Made by a program: the position numbers and the translations under genes | Notes under the pieces: generated by a model | Told to the model about the DNA's origin: nothing | Seen by the model: the letters and a program-made list of their open reading frames with translations, nothing else | The model's database searches: none | Source of the DNA: a virus | Lineage: Duplodnaviria; Caudoviricetes | Length of the DNA stretch: 64,000 bases | IMG/VR virus record: IMGVR_UViG_3300028738_000008 | Reading direction: 5' to 3' (one strand) | Shown: one piece after another, positions 18,001 through 26,809 of the stretch | How the letters are laid out: every line of letters begins with the position of its first letter | How positions within the stretch are numbered: position 1 is the first letter of the stretch

Positions 18001-18798
18001 CAATATCTCTGCTCTACCGATAATAAAGTCAAAGTCAAATTGTTCTGAGTTATATCCGCAAATAATCGCTGGATTCAAATGTACCAACAAGTTAAAGAAA
18101 TCCTGTAAAACCCTTCTCTCGGATTCATCGTCATCTTCCAGTTTCACTTCAAGAATAATCTCAAAGCCTCTGTTGTCCCTGACGCCAATTGCAAAAACCC
18201 TTTTCAACTGATATTTCAAACCAGTTGTCTCAATATCGAATACGACCTTATGAACATTTTTGTATTCCTCAAATCCCTTGAAAAGCCTTGATTTTGTTGA
18301 CATAAAAAATTGCTCAGTCGTCCTAGGCGAATAGAATAGATCACGATATAAGAAAGTAGGCTCACCTCTTTCGTCTTTAACGATCTTGCCATGAGCGTCT
18401 TTAAGTTTTTCGTACGGATTAATGTTGCCTTCTTTCAGAAAGTTAACAATATGATTATACGATTTGGAACTGGAAATCTTATAACAATAACCGTCGATAA
18501 GCCTTTTCTGATTACCAGTTTCAAGCTTTTTCATTGTTATGCCATATTGTGCCATTTTGTTTTCAAGCAAATCTGGTATCTGATCGAACAGATGAATACC
18601 GTTCTGTTTTAAGTCTTTACAGAACATGAAAGGTTCATAATGAATCTTAACTACCTTTGGGGCAGTATCTGGCTCATGTATTACACATTCAGCATAGTTA
18701 AAATTAGGATTGGTCTCGACATTGACCAAATATTTAATGTCTTGATTATAGCCTTCAAGAAAGCCTTTTATCTCATTTAAGACAGCCGCTTTATCCAT
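15100..18798 (-). CDS. polB: family B DNA polymerase with 3'-5' exonuclease
   Basis: Exo motifs VFDIETTG, GYNSEQFDFDFI, YLLDDLWET; polymerase motifs IDYASLYP, KILNNSLFG, and AITDG (variant motif C). Confidence 0.93.
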   Translation of the reverse strand: MDKAAVLNEIKGFLEGYNQDIKYLVNVETNPNFNYAECVIHEPDTAPKVVKIHYEPFMFCKDLKQNGIHLFDQIPDLLENKMAQYGITMKKLETGNQKRLIDGYCYKISSSKSYNHIVNFLKEGNINPYEKLKDAHGKIVKDERGEPTFLYRDLFYSPRTTEQFFMSTKSRLFKGFEEYKNVHKVVFDIETTGLKYQLKRVFAIGVRDNRGFEIILEVKLEDDDESERRVLQDFFNLLVHLNPAIICGYNSEQFDFDFIIGRAEILNMDLAAIPTSVDRRNVPIRRRPNVSVKYGNTSDRFTATEMWGFSIIDIMHAAKRTAAVNTEIKNTKLKYIAKHEGIAKANRTYVEGEGNNISNFYFQNKIFIIGETNEYEVVPDEFQDVAKNLYKLQAYKDQFSETQYNETKKKLFVENKAFVEWFRATAIPNKMLKLINGKNLIKQYLLDDLWETEQVDELYNQSSFMLAKIVPTTYQRVCTMGTASIWNLLLTAWSNDNGVAIPYSEKKDGFSGGLSRCFKTGFTKRWVKIDYASLYPMIQLTDDIFPIFDITGVIKKMLFYMTTTRNIYKKLANSDEINQEEIMLLSELDHDTYKKFIDGTLTEHDRAMFKIKQLPIKILNNSLFGALGSGVSFNWSDNVCAARITCTGRLHLRHAMAWFSDYKCVPLLAITDGINFQIPDVSNIIIGDNLEVADYISEVEIPIEEAWKFKGKTGITALIDKYNDQEQLAAKARDKVSHISVDNDGEYVSCLNLSRNNYAIMSEYKDKKTGKTKEKIKMVGVTIKSKVMPEYIEDFIDKGMDMVLHGKGPEFVNYYYDYVDMIYYQRIPLKKIASKNKVKVKLEQYINRGCNKNGGKKGMQAHMELLIEEREKIASDLFELHKAELLGETSEEGLTIDDKMKLVSNYMPPEPEIDSVVYQINTGLKAADSSSGRDKVTGKLYSKLINAKDLALNPDMTGSYNVQKYLAAFNKRAEILFAGFNPEIVGQILSKIVTKKMKNSFGENVVVTELSRNVFTDEQLTLGSYDLDSVQEALQLEDREAIFWNKTGYDPRLIWDGFIMTPENQVYFEVYESALKYLNDKMIASNLPLIKSINEKHEKGDIILIKNSLKYLVGHFNGTYIKIIKEVKDIPKTETELLIEEKRKAIENKLENLKVASKEKTDKEVFLENKLNKRTRYFKKFKKEFNIDAKMDLDAFVAKFGEESLDMLDGYITGLETANQPDDPDAIDVDSI

Positions 18799-18848
18799 TT
18801 ATATTATTTAATTTATTGGTTACTAATTAATTCGAAGTACATTTGCAA

Positions 18849-19817
18849 TCATAATTCGTCGTCGCCTTCGTCACTCACAATAGATGAATGAGATTTTGTT
18901 ATCATCACGCTAAATGGCTTAACTGACTCAACTGAATTCCATTTACCTATTGATGGTGCTTTAAACTTATCGAATGAAATAATATCGTCACACTTGCTTT
19001 TTTCAGGTTTATTAAATTCCTCAAATGGAATTTCCAACTGTGTACCATCATAAGATTCCCTGTATTTACGATACTCATAAGCATTCTTATTAACGATCTT
19101 ATTACCATCACGGTCAGTCATTGAATAGCCTCTGCTGAACATTGCTTCAAGTTGTTTATCAGCTATTTTATCCTGATAAACTTTTGGTAAGTCCATTCCA
19201 AAATACTCTGTTGTTATGATAGTTTTACATGGTACACATTCGCAACAAGGTGTATATCCCAAAATTCCATCATGTTCACAGTCATCCAGCCTAGGATTTT
19301 CGCAAGATACAACTAAATCACGATATTTGGAAGGTAATTTATCAGCCATTTGATATTTTTTCATCTTTATAATCGGAAACTTCAATGGTACAAGCGATTC
19401 GCATATTGCTCCATATGACTTATAAATGTTTTTAATATCCTTAAGGTATGAAATCGCATCGTCGTTTGACACATATCCCACCTGAATTTCCTCGACTCCA
19501 CGAATACCTTGGCTAAATATCATTGCCATAATCCAAATAGGAACTTGCTTAAAATATAGGCTTCCCTCATTGGCGTCAACATGTGCCGTTAAAACATACT
19601 CAATGTGATTTAACTTGGAAGGGTAATCCTTGTTAAATTCGTTCGAGAATAATTTATACAGCAACTCAATACGGTTCTTTTCCAGCTGTGCCTTATGCCT
19701 GTTATTCTCAATTGTCACATAAATCGGCGTAACGGTATTACCGTCCATAAGATTTTTCCATACAAGATAAGTAGAATCAAGTCCACCTGAAAACAAAATA
19801 GCAACATTCTTACTCAT
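18849..19817 (-). CDS. queC: QueC-like PP-loop ATPase (7-cyano-7-deazaguanine synthase family)
   Basis: VAILFSGGLDST PP-loop; Zn-site-like SCENP...PCCECVPC. Confidence 0.72.
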   Translation of the reverse strand: MSKNVAILFSGGLDSTYLVWKNLMDGNTVTPIYVTIENNRHKAQLEKNRIELLYKLFSNEFNKDYPSKLNHIEYVLTAHVDANEGSLYFKQVPIWIMAMIFSQGIRGVEEIQVGYVSNDDAISYLKDIKNIYKSYGAICESLVPLKFPIIKMKKYQMADKLPSKYRDLVVSCENPRLDDCEHDGILGYTPCCECVPCKTIITTEYFGMDLPKVYQDKIADKQLEAMFSRGYSMTDRDGNKIVNKNAYEYRKYRESYDGTQLEIPFEEFNKPEKSKCDDIISFDKFKAPSIGKWNSVESVKPFSVMITKSHSSIVSDEGDDEL

Positions 19818-19823
19818 TGGTTA

Positions 19824-21614
19824 TTATTTATATTTGTTTTTAATCCTATTGATAACATCTGATATAACTGCTTCCGACGTTGTTGATACGTAATCCTCAT
19901 TATCCATTACCTTTGTAATCTCTCTACGCTTACCTTCAATCGCATCGTAAACATATTCGTCAATACTGTCCTTAACAATCGTCGGGTAGATGTTTACAGC
20001 ATCTTTCTGTCCGATTCGGTGGCATCTGTCAGCAACCTGATCATATTCTCCAACAGAATATGGTAATGTCATAATAATCATTTTGCTTGCCGCAGTTAAC
20101 GTAAGTCCGTAGTTTGCAGTTTGTATTGAAGCCAAAAATATCTTAATCTCGCTATTAGGGTCTTGAAAAGTCTTTACCAACTCTGCCCTTTCCTCTACTG
20201 ACTGATCGCCTGTATGAAGGGCTGCAATATTACCAAAAATTTTCTTAAATTCATACAAACTTTCTTTAAAATTGTCAACAATAATTACCTTTTCACCTGT
20301 TTCAAGTATATTCTCGATGATCTCAACAACAGATTCAATCTTAAATTTGGCGGTTAATTGCCTAAGCCTAAGCATTGTTGTTAATGCATTTTGTGCCAGT
20401 CCAGAAAACAAATCGTTAGCAACATTTTTCTCAACATCGTCATATATCTTCTGATCAGCATCACTCAATTCGAATATAATTTTCTGATATGTCTTATCAG
20501 GAAGATCAGTTAAAACCTCAGCCTTTCTTTTTCTGTGCGTGTATGGCGATATTTTGAAGTAAAGTTCTTCAAGCCTTTTCTCGCCATCTTCGTCAACCTT
20601 CCAACCGAATCCGTCTATCTCGTAAACCATGCCACAATAATACTCGTAAAAGTATTTTTTGGTTGCAAAGTCTAAAGGAGATATCTGATTAAGCACTGAA
20701 TATAATTCGAATGCTCTATTAGGTGCTGGCGTTCCTGATAAATATATTTTACTAGGCTTACCGTCGATAAAAATATCTTCGTTAAATAGCTTTTTATAAT
20801 TCTTATAAGTATTTGAGTCAGTATTCTTTAACTTTTGACATTCGTCACATATAACAGCGTTTATGTTTCCAACCTTAAGTTTTTCCCATTTTTTCGCCAT
20901 TTTTGCCTTGTCGCTGGGATTGAAATAATCGTAATTAACGATAATGTATTTAGCCTCGGCAATTGTACATGTATTCTTTTTCCAATTGATAATATATGCC
21001 TTACTGTTGGTGAACGTCGAAACCTCATTATAATAATTGAATTTTAATGAGTTTGGCGTCACCACGATAACTTTTTTGAAGTTATTCATTTCAACATAAA
21101 GAATTGAACTCAACGTTTTTCCTAAACCCATTTCATGCGAAATTAATGCACTTCTGGTTTCATTCATAAACATTGCTGCGATTATCTGGTGAGGATATAG
21201 TTTGATAGGAATCTTTATCAACGCATGAAGGCGTTGAGAGTAATCGATATACGTTGTTTCGAGTTCGAGTTTATATTTGTCCCATTTTAGCTTTTTCTCA
21301 TTAAGTTCTTTGAGTAAATTTACCTTATCGGTTTCAGCTTTCTCATGTTTTTTAAAAAGATCGACAAAAAGCTTTCGACTATCAATAGTGCCAAAGTCAA
21401 AGTGTATGTACTCAGAGCCTTTAAAACTTTTGATAAGTTCTATTAAGCCTGATACACTCACTTCCCAACATATTTTTGAGGCATTCCATTTTCTATTGGT
21501 CTGATCTAATGATTTGATCTTATCCTTTAGCTCCTCATTATATATGAATTTTGTGTAGTACCACGCTCTACGTGGAATTCTCTCACAGAATACTATTAGT
21601 TTAAAATCACTCAT
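19824..21614 (-). CDS. SNF2-family helicase/translocase
   Basis: LYPHQ, HEMGLGKT, CDECQ, LSGTP, GLTLTAA and QVADRCHRIGQ motifs. Confidence 0.92.
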   Translation of the reverse strand: MSDFKLIVFCERIPRRAWYYTKFIYNEELKDKIKSLDQTNRKWNASKICWEVSVSGLIELIKSFKGSEYIHFDFGTIDSRKLFVDLFKKHEKAETDKVNLLKELNEKKLKWDKYKLELETTYIDYSQRLHALIKIPIKLYPHQIIAAMFMNETRSALISHEMGLGKTLSSILYVEMNNFKKVIVVTPNSLKFNYYNEVSTFTNSKAYIINWKKNTCTIAEAKYIIVNYDYFNPSDKAKMAKKWEKLKVGNINAVICDECQKLKNTDSNTYKNYKKLFNEDIFIDGKPSKIYLSGTPAPNRAFELYSVLNQISPLDFATKKYFYEYYCGMVYEIDGFGWKVDEDGEKRLEELYFKISPYTHRKRKAEVLTDLPDKTYQKIIFELSDADQKIYDDVEKNVANDLFSGLAQNALTTMLRLRQLTAKFKIESVVEIIENILETGEKVIIVDNFKESLYEFKKIFGNIAALHTGDQSVEERAELVKTFQDPNSEIKIFLASIQTANYGLTLTAASKMIIMTLPYSVGEYDQVADRCHRIGQKDAVNIYPTIVKDSIDEYVYDAIEGKRREITKVMDNEDYVSTTSEAVISDVINRIKNKYK

Positions 21615-21648
21615 TATTGTATAGAAATGTAAAGTACAAAGAAACGAA

Positions 21649-21683
21649 AAAAAAACGTAAGCTGCAAGAGTTTACGTTTTTTT
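21649..21683. terminator. intrinsic terminator-like hairpin
   Basis: AAAAAAACGTAA / TTACGTTTTTTT downstream of 21706..22095. Confidence 0.6.
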
Positions 21684-21705
21684 AGTTCGATTTAATTCGA
21701 TATAC

Positions 21706-22095
21706 TTAATAAAGTGATGTTTTTGTTAAAGAATCAAAAACAGTCATATCAATGTATCCGCTATTGGGAATGCTAATCTTCATCGGAAAATTTACATTAA
21801 GAAAATCCAGCTTGAATTCGCCATAATAGTTGCCGACAACAGCTGTATCGCCCAATTTAAATTCATACTCGATTGAGTACTTTGGAACAGCTAAATAATC
21901 ATTGTCATTTCGATATTTGATCTGACCACTCACATTAGCAATGTGATATTCTTCCGTATCCACATTATACATGGAAAATGTTACAGCTGCATCATTCATA
22001 TCTTCGTCAGCCAAGCCGTATTTGTCCAAGAACTCTTGATCCAATGAATACTTTAGTGTTGGCAAAGTACTGTCCTTCTTTATATAAAAATTCAT
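21706..22095 (-). CDS. BppU-like (baseplate upper protein N-terminal-like) small protein
   Basis: 129 aa; FYIKKDSTLPTLKY..VTFSMY..YEFKLGDTAVVGNYYGEFKL resembles the BppU/DUF2479-type fold; preceded by the late motif. Confidence 0.5.
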   Translation of the reverse strand: MNFYIKKDSTLPTLKYSLDQEFLDKYGLADEDMNDAAVTFSMYNVDTEEYHIANVSGQIKYRNDNDYLAVPKYSIEYEFKLGDTAVVGNYYGEFKLDFLNVNFPMKISIPNSGYIDMTVFDSLTKTSLY

Positions 22096-22110
22096 ATTAA
22101 ATTATCTTTT

Positions 22111-22120
22111 ATATAAATAC
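22111..22120 (-). promoter_or_regulatory. putative late promoter GTATTTATAT
   Basis: Exact motif 15 nt upstream of the ATG. Confidence 0.65.
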
Positions 22121-22124
22121 GTCG

Positions 22125-23900
22125 CTATACGTTTGTAGGATCAATATTTTTTACGATATTTTGCCTTTCTCTATCAGCCATTAACAAACTGATCATGTCC
22201 TTATTATTGCTATTAGTATCTGGGTCACCAAGACTGTCAAAATCAATTGTTTGACAAATATTTGCATGAATTTCATTTACTATAGACCTATCGATAGGCT
22301 CATTATCAGTCGATTCAGGATTAACATAAACTATATCTGGCGTAACTTTATCAAGTTCAGCAAATTCGTCTGGAATAACAGGTTCTAAGACAGGTGCTAT
22401 GTCTTCAACAACTTTCTCCAAAGCATCGACAAACTCATTATGTTCAAAGTCATTCCCTCTCTGGTTTTCGCCGTCGAATGTCGTGCCTTCCAATTTTTTA
22501 TTGAATCTCTCAATACTACTATCTGTTACTTTGAGAGATTTACTGTATTTGTACATGTAGTCCTCGTCATTAATAACAATTTGCATTTTATCATTATCAA
22601 AAATACAGTCTTTAAAAGTCTGACCATCTTTAGCAAACCTTGCCTTAATAATACGAATATTTGCCAAGTTAGCGTCTTTAGATGCTGGCGGTTTAGCTAC
22701 AGACATGAAGAAGTGAGCTTTCTGCAATCTCTTAATACTACCACCAGCCTGACTAGCTTCAACAAATTCGCTATCTAATCCAGCACGTGAACTCTGAATC
22801 GCCGACCATGCAGGTATATCTAAATCCGCAGATATAGCAAGAAAAGATTTAACAATCTGTAATTCAGCCTCTGTCCTATCTGGCGACTTTTTATTCGGTT
22901 CAAGACAGTCTAAATAGTCTAGTACGAGCAATTCGAATTTGATACCATTTTTCTTTTCATATCGTGATATGAAATTCTTCACATCATTCATTGTGGTATT
23001 TTCCTGACTCATTCGTTTTATAACGATTTTACCGTCATGTTTATCTTTTACAAAATCATAACACTTTCGCTTAACCTCGTCACTCCTATCGTCCATTTCA
23101 CTTAAAGGGATGCCAGACCAAATAGCATAATGCTTTCGCTTTATTTGCGCCTCAGTATCTTCGAAAATTATTTGTAATACCTTTTTACCCTCAGCATATC
23201 CAGTACTAGCAATTTTTGTGAGCAATGTACTTTTACCAACGCCTGACGGTGTTAATATAAGACCTATTTCGCCCTTTCCAAGTCCGCCGCCAGTCAAAGC
23301 ATCCAATACAACTACGCCTGTTGGAATTACCTCTCTAAACTCTTTGCTAAGAACACTGTCAATGTCATCCATTGCCTCAGTCCCATAATCTTCAACATCA
23401 CCGATCTCAGATATGTCTCTGATTTTGTCTTCAATATTTACTAATGCTTGCTTTTGGCGTATTTCGCCGTTCTTCGTCATGTTAATGATGAATTCACCAA
23501 GCTTTCTATACTCCTGTTGTTTTATAAAAAACGTTGTTTCTAACTGAATAGCTTCGCCATTGTGATCAATATTTCTATTAATAACCCGATCATTCCAATT
23601 AAGAATTCTTTTTACTATGGCAAAAAGTAATTCTTCTTCGATTAAATTGTTTGGTGTTTTGAATTTGTTAATAGCTAATATTATGCTATCATTTTGAAGA
23701 TTTGGTGGCTTGGCAAATTCATTGAAGTAATTAGTCATTATGATGAACAACCTTTTCATTGTAGGGTCATCAAAATACATTGCGCTTAGTCTTGGGAGAG
23801 TTCTTACGGCAAACTCAGGTTCTACGAGTAATTGCCACATTAAATGCTGCTGAAATTCAGACCCCAAGTATTTGCTCAGGGTATTTTCTACTTGTTCCAT
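22125..23900 (-). CDS. dnaB: replicative DNA helicase (DnaB / T4 gp41-like)
   Basis: IPTGVVVLDALTGGGL, Walker A TPSGVGKST, LVLDYLD, WSAIQSSR, KARF; acidic C-terminal extension. Confidence 0.88.
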   Translation of the reverse strand: MEQVENTLSKYLGSEFQQHLMWQLLVEPEFAVRTLPRLSAMYFDDPTMKRLFIIMTNYFNEFAKPPNLQNDSIILAINKFKTPNNLIEEELLFAIVKRILNWNDRVINRNIDHNGEAIQLETTFFIKQQEYRKLGEFIINMTKNGEIRQKQALVNIEDKIRDISEIGDVEDYGTEAMDDIDSVLSKEFREVIPTGVVVLDALTGGGLGKGEIGLILTPSGVGKSTLLTKIASTGYAEGKKVLQIIFEDTEAQIKRKHYAIWSGIPLSEMDDRSDEVKRKCYDFVKDKHDGKIVIKRMSQENTTMNDVKNFISRYEKKNGIKFELLVLDYLDCLEPNKKSPDRTEAELQIVKSFLAISADLDIPAWSAIQSSRAGLDSEFVEASQAGGSIKRLQKAHFFMSVAKPPASKDANLANIRIIKARFAKDGQTFKDCIFDNDKMQIVINDEDYMYKYSKSLKVTDSSIERFNKKLEGTTFDGENQRGNDFEHNEFVDALEKVVEDIAPVLEPVIPDEFAELDKVTPDIVYVNPESTDNEPIDRSIVNEIHANICQTIDFDSLGDPDTNSNNKDMISLLMADRERQNIVKNIDPTNV

Positions 23901-23936
23901 TATAAATTTTTGTGAAAGTTAGAAATAAAAGGTAAC

Positions 23937-23976
23937 AATTCTAGCAACTGTTATTTTATAAACAATTGCTAGAATT
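23937..23976. terminator. 11-bp inverted repeat (terminator-like)
   Basis: AATTCTAGCAA / TTGCTAGAATT between 23996..24547 and the helicase. Confidence 0.55.
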
Positions 23977-23995
23977 ATCATAATATAACTTTCGA

Positions 23996-24547
23996 TTAAT
24001 TAACAGCAGCGTATGACTGCGACTCAAAACTTTTCGAAATGAACTCCAAATCGCATCGTTTAATGTGATTATAAATTTCATTTGTCACTGATTTTACAGC
24101 GTCAACAACATCTACAGAATATCTGCAAGTCGGGTTGAAACCATTCACGTAGAATGTTCTTTCAACAATGGTTTTTCCATTGACATAAAAACCTATTGAA
24201 CATGGAACGCCTTTTATAACTTTGTCCTCAATCTGATAAGACACAATTGAAGGGTCATAAATAAGGTCATTACGAATGTCGTCCTCATACGAGTCGATTA
24301 TGTCATTAGCATAATTAAACAGTTCATAATGTTTTTCCTCACCCACATATGCAAATGTTTCATAATACCTTTTGGATAAGGTCTTTTGAAACATACCAAT
24401 CGCCTTGGGTAGAATATGACGAATGTTAATAGGATACCTAACTTCTGGGCTAAAATCCGATGAATCTATCATCTTTTCACAAAGCAGAACATCGCCCTGA
24501 TGAAGCGAGAATTTGAAGATTTTACCAAACTCGTTATCGTTACTCAT
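23996..24547 (-). CDS. hypothetical protein
   Basis: 183 aa ORF with its own TAnnTTTG element. Confidence 0.8.
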   Translation of the reverse strand: MSNDNEFGKIFKFSLHQGDVLLCEKMIDSSDFSPEVRYPINIRHILPKAIGMFQKTLSKRYYETFAYVGEEKHYELFNYANDIIDSYEDDIRNDLIYDPSIVSYQIEDKVIKGVPCSIGFYVNGKTIVERTFYVNGFNPTCRYSVDVVDAVKSVTNEIYNHIKRCDLEFISKSFESQSYAAVN

Positions 24548-24576
24548 TTTTTCTTATGTTTAAAATTATTACACTG

Positions 24577-24584
24577 CAAAACTA
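24577..24584 (-). promoter_or_regulatory. Bacteroidota-type -7 element (TAGTTTTG)
   Basis: Matches TAnnTTTG, intergenic, co-oriented. Confidence 0.6.
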
Positions 24585-24619
24585 CATATTTTTTTCTGAT
24601 AATGAAAGCCTTTTTAGAT

Positions 24620-25666
24620 TTATTTTCTAACTTTATTATAATTGTCTAAAAGCTGCTTCTCAAACATAACCACTGTATAGAAAGGTTCGAGATAATTGAC
24701 GAAATTACCGCCATTGAATATAGTTAGAAATCCGTCTTCGATCATTAGCTTATATAGGTTCTTACTACCCCTATTTTCAGGTGATAAAGGCATTTCCAAC
24801 TGAGCTAATTCCTCCACAGCCTGTGCATTAAGAAAGGGTCTTGAAAGGTCTGTCAACTCATAATTAAGCTTTAATCTGGGGATGTTTGCCAATAAACTCT
24901 CGAATATTTTTAAAGGTTTTTTCTTCTCAAGTATTCTATTTTTATTGATTTCATCAGCACGTCCACATATCTCTCTAACAGTTAGCTTTCTAAATTTAAT
25001 ATCAGGAAAATGTTTTATTAGAACGTCTTCTTTTATACCTGCAATACCCTTAATGTTATCCGAAACATCACCGCCAATTATTTTTACAATTAAGCCATTA
25101 GAATAATGATACTTGAAGTCATAGAAAAATGTGGCTTTAGTCACAGGATGATCAATATTGCCAAATAATATTGTTATGTCAAGTTCGAGCAATTGAATGA
25201 AGTCCCTATCGTTAGTAAACAAAAAGATTATTTCCTTCTTTGAATTCGATTTGCAATACGACGCAATCAGGTCATCTGCTTCAATTTCATCAACTTCTAT
25301 CTGGCGAATAAACAATTCTTCGATGTATTGCTGAATACGTTTCTTATTTTTTAAAATGGACTCGTCTTTAGCTTGTTCACGTCTTATTTCGGCATCAGTC
25401 ATTTCAATTTTACTGTGCCACGACTTATCCTTTCGATTTGCTTTATACTCAGGATCGAGTTTATGCCTATCAATTCCGCCGTTCTCACCATCCCAACACA
25501 CCACAACCTTATTGATCTGATGTTCTTTAATTAGCTTTCTAATGGTCGTTAGAAAGCCATATAGACCACCGATCGATCCGAAAGACGCTGTATAAGCATC
25601 TTTCGCACCGAAGAATGATCTTTTTAGAAGATAGTTTCCGTCAACTAATAGGGTTCTGATTTCCAT
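24620..25666 (-). CDS. 5'-3' exonuclease / flap endonuclease (T4 RNase H / Pol I N-terminal-like)
   Basis: LLVDGNYL, VVCWDG, EADDLIASY, NDRDFIQL, GDVSDNIKGIAGI. Confidence 0.9.
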   Translation of the reverse strand: MEIRTLLVDGNYLLKRSFFGAKDAYTASFGSIGGLYGFLTTIRKLIKEHQINKVVVCWDGENGGIDRHKLDPEYKANRKDKSWHSKIEMTDAEIRREQAKDESILKNKKRIQQYIEELFIRQIEVDEIEADDLIASYCKSNSKKEIIFLFTNDRDFIQLLELDITILFGNIDHPVTKATFFYDFKYHYSNGLIVKIIGGDVSDNIKGIAGIKEDVLIKHFPDIKFRKLTVREICGRADEINKNRILEKKKPLKIFESLLANIPRLKLNYELTDLSRPFLNAQAVEELAQLEMPLSPENRGSKNLYKLMIEDGFLTIFNGGNFVNYLEPFYTVVMFEKQLLDNYNKVRK

Positions 25667-26748
25667 TAGCTTTCTTCGCTAAATTCTACGTCATGAGCCT
25701 CAAATGTTAAATCATCGGAAGTCATTGTATCGTCATTGAAGATATTCCTAAAGAATAGAATATATTTCTTCTTATAGATTTCAAGATCGTCAGGATAAAC
25801 AAAACCATGAGGCGTTGAGATAATTTTCCCCTCCATTGAGATACCTCCAAGTGGGCCGTCAATATGGTTCTTAGCTACATTGATTCGAGCCTCAATTCCG
25901 TAGTTCACATCACGTTTCTTGCTGGTTGCCATAATCTTTTTAGTTCCATGAGCAATAATACCACCGAAATGATAAATAAGCCTTGAACCGAAATAGAATG
26001 TTTCACCACCTTTATGTTTTACTCCTCCGCCGTTCATATTGTCAATCCATATTTTCTGAACAGCGATAACAGTATTAATATATGGCTTATCAATCTTTCT
26101 ACTGTTTGGAATGGTATTGTTTAGCATTGATAGAAAACATGTTTCGTAAGCTTTTGCATTCCACATGTTATTCGCAGTTGTTTCTTTAACCTGTGCATTA
26201 ATTGTGGCAATACAGTTTAGTGTACCAATCGAGTCAATAGCAAACGTAATATTACGATCAAGATTACCATCATTCTGTTCATCCATAAAATAGTACATAC
26301 ATTTAGCTAAATCTTCAATAGACGCTTCGTTTCGATCCTTATCCTGTTTTTTACCAAAATTTGTTAACAAGTATTCGTTATCAATCAGAATATATTCGCC
26401 GTTTATGTCAAAACCCATTTTTACAAGCCTTTCCATACCCATATTGTTTTCAGTATCAATAATGATTACTAAGTCGCCATCTTTCTGTGCTGCAACAATG
26501 CCTTCACATACAGCTGTCGATTTTCCTGTGTTAGAGAAACCTCTACATAGATTTACATAACCTTTAGCAAAACCTGGAAGTCCTGTTGCCTTTTCCATTG
26601 CCGCTGAGGTTCTTAGCCATGTTAAAGGCTTATCAGGAACGTCTTCACAGCCAGCTTTTTTCTTAAAATCTGCTAAAGAAAATGTTTTTTTTGCCGTAGC
26701 TTTTCTTACCACCACGTTTGGCGGTACTATATTTGTATTATCTTTCAT
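25666..26748 (-). CDS. recA: RecA/UvsX-like recombinase
   Basis: Walker A GFSNTGKST, IIDTE, Walker B AIDSIG, GGETFYF; start placed at MKDNT (26748) rather than the ORF-track start. Confidence 0.82.
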   Translation of the reverse strand: MKDNTNIVPPNVVVRKATAKKTFSLADFKKKAGCEDVPDKPLTWLRTSAAMEKATGLPGFAKGYVNLCRGFSNTGKSTAVCEGIVAAQKDGDLVIIIDTENNMGMERLVKMGFDINGEYILIDNEYLLTNFGKKQDKDRNEASIEDLAKCMYYFMDEQNDGNLDRNITFAIDSIGTLNCIATINAQVKETTANNMWNAKAYETCFLSMLNNTIPNSRKIDKPYINTVIAVQKIWIDNMNGGGVKHKGGETFYFGSRLIYHFGGIIAHGTKKIMATSKKRDVNYGIEARINVAKNHIDGPLGGISMEGKIISTPHGFVYPDDLEIYKKKYILFFRNIFNDDTMTSDDLTFEAHDVEFSEES

Positions 26749-26809
26749 ATTTAATTTGTTATTGAAAATAATATGGGATACCTTACAGCATCCCATATTT
26801 TATTTTGAA

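Noticed and set aside
18838-18845. TACATTTG on the plus strand matching the Bacteroidota -7 element
   Set aside because: It points antisense into queC with no plus-strand gene; a single 8-mer in AT-rich DNA can be chance.
15100-23900. Inteins or introns in the long polymerase and helicase genes
   Set aside because: No Cys/Ser...His-Asn splice junctions, LAGLIDADG blocks or frame breaks seen; the extra length is insertions and acidic or coiled tails.
25666-26796. ORF-track starts for RecA (26796), 56566, 61680, 62020 and 30032
   Set aside because: Downstream ATGs (26748, 56638, 61695, 62026, 30020) fit promoter positions, gene spacing and A-rich leaders better.
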